DNA of 63,999 bases, counting the filler, from Octopus bimaculoides (lineage: Eukaryota): assembly GCF_001194135.2 (NCBI RefSeq). It is 3 parts of 2 records of this genome, joined end to end, with 100 filler letters (N's around TTAATTAATTAA, not from the genome) between each part and the next. Parts side by side here need not be neighbours in the genome. Positions count along the whole stretch, not along the records: positions 31,263 to 62,695 come from NC_068982.1; positions 62,796 to 63,999 come from NW_026421570.1; 1 more part is not named here. One strand, 5' to 3'. Each line of letters starts with the position of its first letter. Within the stretch, counting starts at the first letter, position 1. Below, piece after piece: positions 60,556-63,999 of this stretch. The position numbers and the translations under genes are program-made. The notes under the pieces are model-generated. The model searched no databases. It saw only the letters and a list, made by a program, of their open reading frames with translations, and was not told where the DNA came from.

Positions 60556-61639
60556 GAAAGTTGTAGTAGTGATGGTCGTCGTCGTAGTAGTAGTAGTAAT
60601 TCCCTTTAAACTCTTTCATGCGTGTCTAAGAAACCCCAGTCATTATTATTTGTCAATCTGATGTAGTATCGTATCTATAGAAAAATGGCTCCGTTTGTAT
60701 ATTCTTTGTTTCTACTTCATATTTTGAAATTTACCAAATGAAAAATGCCAAAAGAAACATTTGGTAAACCTCCAAACTCCATCATTGCTGTGTGCGTGTG
60801 TCTGTGAGTGTTTGTGTAGTGTTGGTATGTACGTATATGTACATGACGTAAGTACGAATTATAATCGCCGTACTTTTAATCTCACATTAAAATCTTGGGT
60901 CGAACTAACCTTGATGTCAATACAAATATGTTAGCACGTTAATGAGCTGATATACGTGATGAAAACGTTAAATTAACTTGGCCAGTGCTGAACACTTAAC
61001 GATAACCCCACCATTTCAGAGTATTTTTGCCAAATATTTCAACATACCTTTTTATTCTGCTTCATCTTATCATTTTAGAAATCTCACATCTCATACTTCA
61101 AATTTTCTTTCATTGAAAGTAAGAAAAATTCTTCGTACATTTTTAAAATAGTTTGGCAAGTGTGTTAAATAAATAAGCACGTTTGTATTTATAGAATGTT
61201 TAGATAGCTGCATTTATTATATGATTCTATGAAAGAAGCTGTGATGAACGCTGCAGTTTCGAGTTTCAGGAAGAAGAGGTGATGTCTTAAGGGACCTTCT
61301 CGGTCCTTCGACTTATATATATTTTTGATTACCTGAATATATGTGTATGTGTGTGTACGTGTATCTTGCTAATGCGTGTGTGTATATGAGTGTGTGTATG
61401 TATGTATATAATACACACACAGAAATATGCATATAATATATGAATATACCGCTGTGTGTGTGTATACATAGATTTCTCAAAAACGTGTGTATTCTTTTCA
61501 AGCAGAAATGAAAATGCTTTGAACAACTTCCTAATTACTAATTCTGTACAGAAACAAACAAAATTCAATGAAGAAAAAAAAAACAAACAAACAAAAAATG
61601 CTTTTCTTTCCCTCTTGTACGAGACAACATTTTAGCCAT

Positions 61640-61770
61640 GAGAAGGTGCGTAGTCTTATGGTTAAGGCTGTTCAGCTCATGATCCTAAGTGAGTTAGTTC
61701 TATTCCTGAAACAGGTGGTGCGTTGCCTCCTAGAGCAAGATACTTTATTTCACGCTGCTGCAGTTTGATT
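61640..61770 (+). mobile_element. decayed SINE family D/E head
   Basis: ggtgcgtagtcttatggttaaggctgttcagctcatgatc...gagcaagatactttatttcacgctgctgcag. Confidence 0.5.
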
Positions 61771-62477
61771 ACCTTTAATCTCAACTAGGCAGCTGCTGTT
61801 GCTGCCTGCTGTCATCTGTACTTGTCTGTCCGTCTGTCGATCTATCCATCCATCCATCTACCTATCGATCTGTCTTTGTCTTTCTATATTACTTTGTATA
61901 TTATTATATCATTATATATTACTATATCTTTCTATATTATTACCCAATTATCCATTTGTCTATCTTACTAGCTAACAACCAAATTATTTATTTATCGATC
62001 CATTGATAAGTATCTTTTTATTGATTTGTCAATCAATTTATATATCGATGCATAAATCTATCCTACTGCTTCTTTTATCCGTTTAAAAGTTTCAATATTC
62101 AACCATCTCATCTGTCAATACATTTAAACATGAAAACCTAAGCCAACAGTGAAACGTTTAGTGATTTTTATATTTTGATATTTTTCGTATTTATGGATTC
62201 CTCATCGTTTCGTTGAATCAATTTCTCGCATATATGTATGCATTACCGCTATATCCAGAATACAACAGGGTGTATCAAGAGATTAAAAATACTGAAAGAA
62301 AAACAAAAGGTCATCCTCACAAATATCGAAAGATAATTGCAATGAAGCCGGAAACGTAGAAAACCTTAGGAAATTTAAAAAATGTTTAGATATCCGAAAA
62401 GATTCATCAGATGTTTAGTTAATGGAATAAAACAATTTAGCGATCAGAGATCAAACCGATTAAATATTAAATATTGC

Positions 62478-62635
62478 ACGTAAGTGTGTGGTGAATAAAC
62501 TTACTTCCCAACCACCTAGTCTTGGGTTCAGTCCCATTGCGCGGCAACATGGGCAAGTAATTTCTACTATTTCCCCGAGCCAACCAAAGCATTCTGAATG
62601 AATTTAGTAAACGGAGACTGAAAACAGCCTGTCAT
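62478..62635 (+). mobile_element. SINE family A 5' half with an uninterrupted head (empty-site reference)
   Basis: gtgtgtggtgaataaacttacttcccaaccacctagtcttgggttcagtccc. Confidence 0.75.
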
Positions 62636-62662
62636 TGAAAATATATGTGTGTGTGTGTGTGT

Positions 62663-62695
<33 letters not shown>

Positions 62696-62795
62696 NNNNN
62701 NNNNNNNNNNNNNNNNNNNNNNNNNNNNNNNNNNNNNNNTTAATTAATTAANNNNNNNNNNNNNNNNNNNNNNNNNNNNNNNNNNNNNNNNNNNN
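62696..62795. other. assembly join: 44 N + TTAATTAATTAA + 44 N
   Basis: Identical construct to 31163-31262. Confidence 0.9.
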
Positions 62796-63999
62796 ACATA
62801 CTACACCTAGGTGTAGTATCCTTATGTTGATGTATATACTCATCAAACATCCCGCCCAGAGAGCGCCTATCCAGCCACGTTCCTACTAATAATATTAGTG
62901 AAATTCTTTTAAAAATCAGTCTTAGATATACAGATGGAATGGTCTGAGCTGCAAGGTCGTTGGCCATAAATCTATCCGATTAAGTGTAATGTCAATACTA
63001 ACACTGACTTGAAAACAGAAAGACACATTAGACAATGTTGTTTCAGATATGAAAATACGCAATAATAACGATGCTGTATTCATTTCGCTGTATCTGTGAT
63101 AATCAAAGAAAGAAATACAGGGACAAAACTCGAAATGACGAAACGAAATCTTCAAACCCTATTTTCCGGTAAACAGGTTGCATTTACCAGATCAAAATTT
63201 ACAGCCAAATCAGGTGGCTCGACTTATACACCAAAATTACTTTGGAGGACCAAAAAGTCCATGTGAAATGCAGCAGGATTTGGAAAAATAGTGACGATGT
63301 TTGTATGTTTACACTATAGTGTATGTCGACTTGTATACTGGAAAAAAACGATATATCAAAAACCAAACCCTTTTATAATTAAAAAAAAATATGAGGACGG
63401 AAAAAATTTGGTTCTTATTAGAATAATTTATAGGTATTTTTGTTTACTATAAATCAATCATATCGCAGATGTTCGGGGTCTTTTGTTTTTGTTTTTCCTT
63501 TTTTGTCTTTTATGTATATGTTCGTGTTGGTGGGTGTTTGTTGTAGTAGCTGTTTAGCCCCAGGTTCGACTCCGATTGAGCAGATATATGATCAAGAGCA
63601 TTCATGCAGTAAACATTCTATAGTTTAATATCTGTAAAACTACATATTCTAACGGAAACTTTATTTAAAGGTCGTGGTGCAAAACGTGAAGTGGACCTCA
63701 GTGGAATTTGAAAGCAGAACTTTAAGACGAAGAAAATGCCGCTAAGCCACATTTTGCCCCAAATGGTAATGATTCTGCCAGGTTCACTGCGTTTGTTTCC
63801 TACAATATGTTAACACTGTCAAACTGTTCTATGTTTTTGGATGCAGCACATTTAGATTCACTTTAGAATTTCCTTCGACATTTACTATCAATTCACCTTT
63901 TCTCTATTCACGCAGCTTTCACATATCCAAACGTTTGGAAAGATATATTACGCGTGTGTATGTGTGCGAGCGTCTGTGTGCGCATAAGTATATATATAT

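Noticed and set aside
62798-62819. 22-bp perfect palindrome atactacacctaggtgtagtat
   Set aside because: It sits at the very start of a contig beside an artificial join. It may be a read-end artefact, and there is no supporting context.
63215-63350. cgacttatac-like subterminal motifs suggestive of a pogo/Tigger end
   Set aside because: No paired TIR or TSD could be found.

Overview
This is AT-rich, gap-ridden animal genomic DNA with no host protein-coding gene that I can support. The dispersed SINE families match ones I recall from Octopus assemblies (inference; needs BLAST). The window is a layered transposon mosaic. It holds a full-length but decayed CsRn1-clade Gypsy LTR element (20324-26085) nested in an old RTE LINE, and a near-intact DD37D (maT) Tc1/mariner element with perfect 29-bp TIRs (37633-38931). 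There are also further mariner, hAT, RTE, Penelope and R4/Dong-like remnants, a long foldback palindrome, many tRNA-derived SINEs and microsatellites. SINE labels A-E are my own working names. The most notable pattern is a set of L1/Tx1-like retroelements that encode only an ORF1 (RRM-like region plus CCHC knuckle) and end in a shared small stem-loop followed by an AATAAA-like tail. They sit at fixed positions inside the tRNA-derived heads of SINEs: two independent copies at the same nucleotide of SINE-A (one with an 18-bp TSD) and one in SINE-B. A SINE-B variant carrying the same 3' tail inserts at fixed positions into other SINE-B copies. This suggests a SINE-targeting, sequence-specific retrotransposition system with ORF1-only and SINE passengers. 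A relative with ORF1 plus an ORF2 endonuclease start lies at about 5002-7250. Coordinates of decayed elements are approximate, and all alignments were done by eye.
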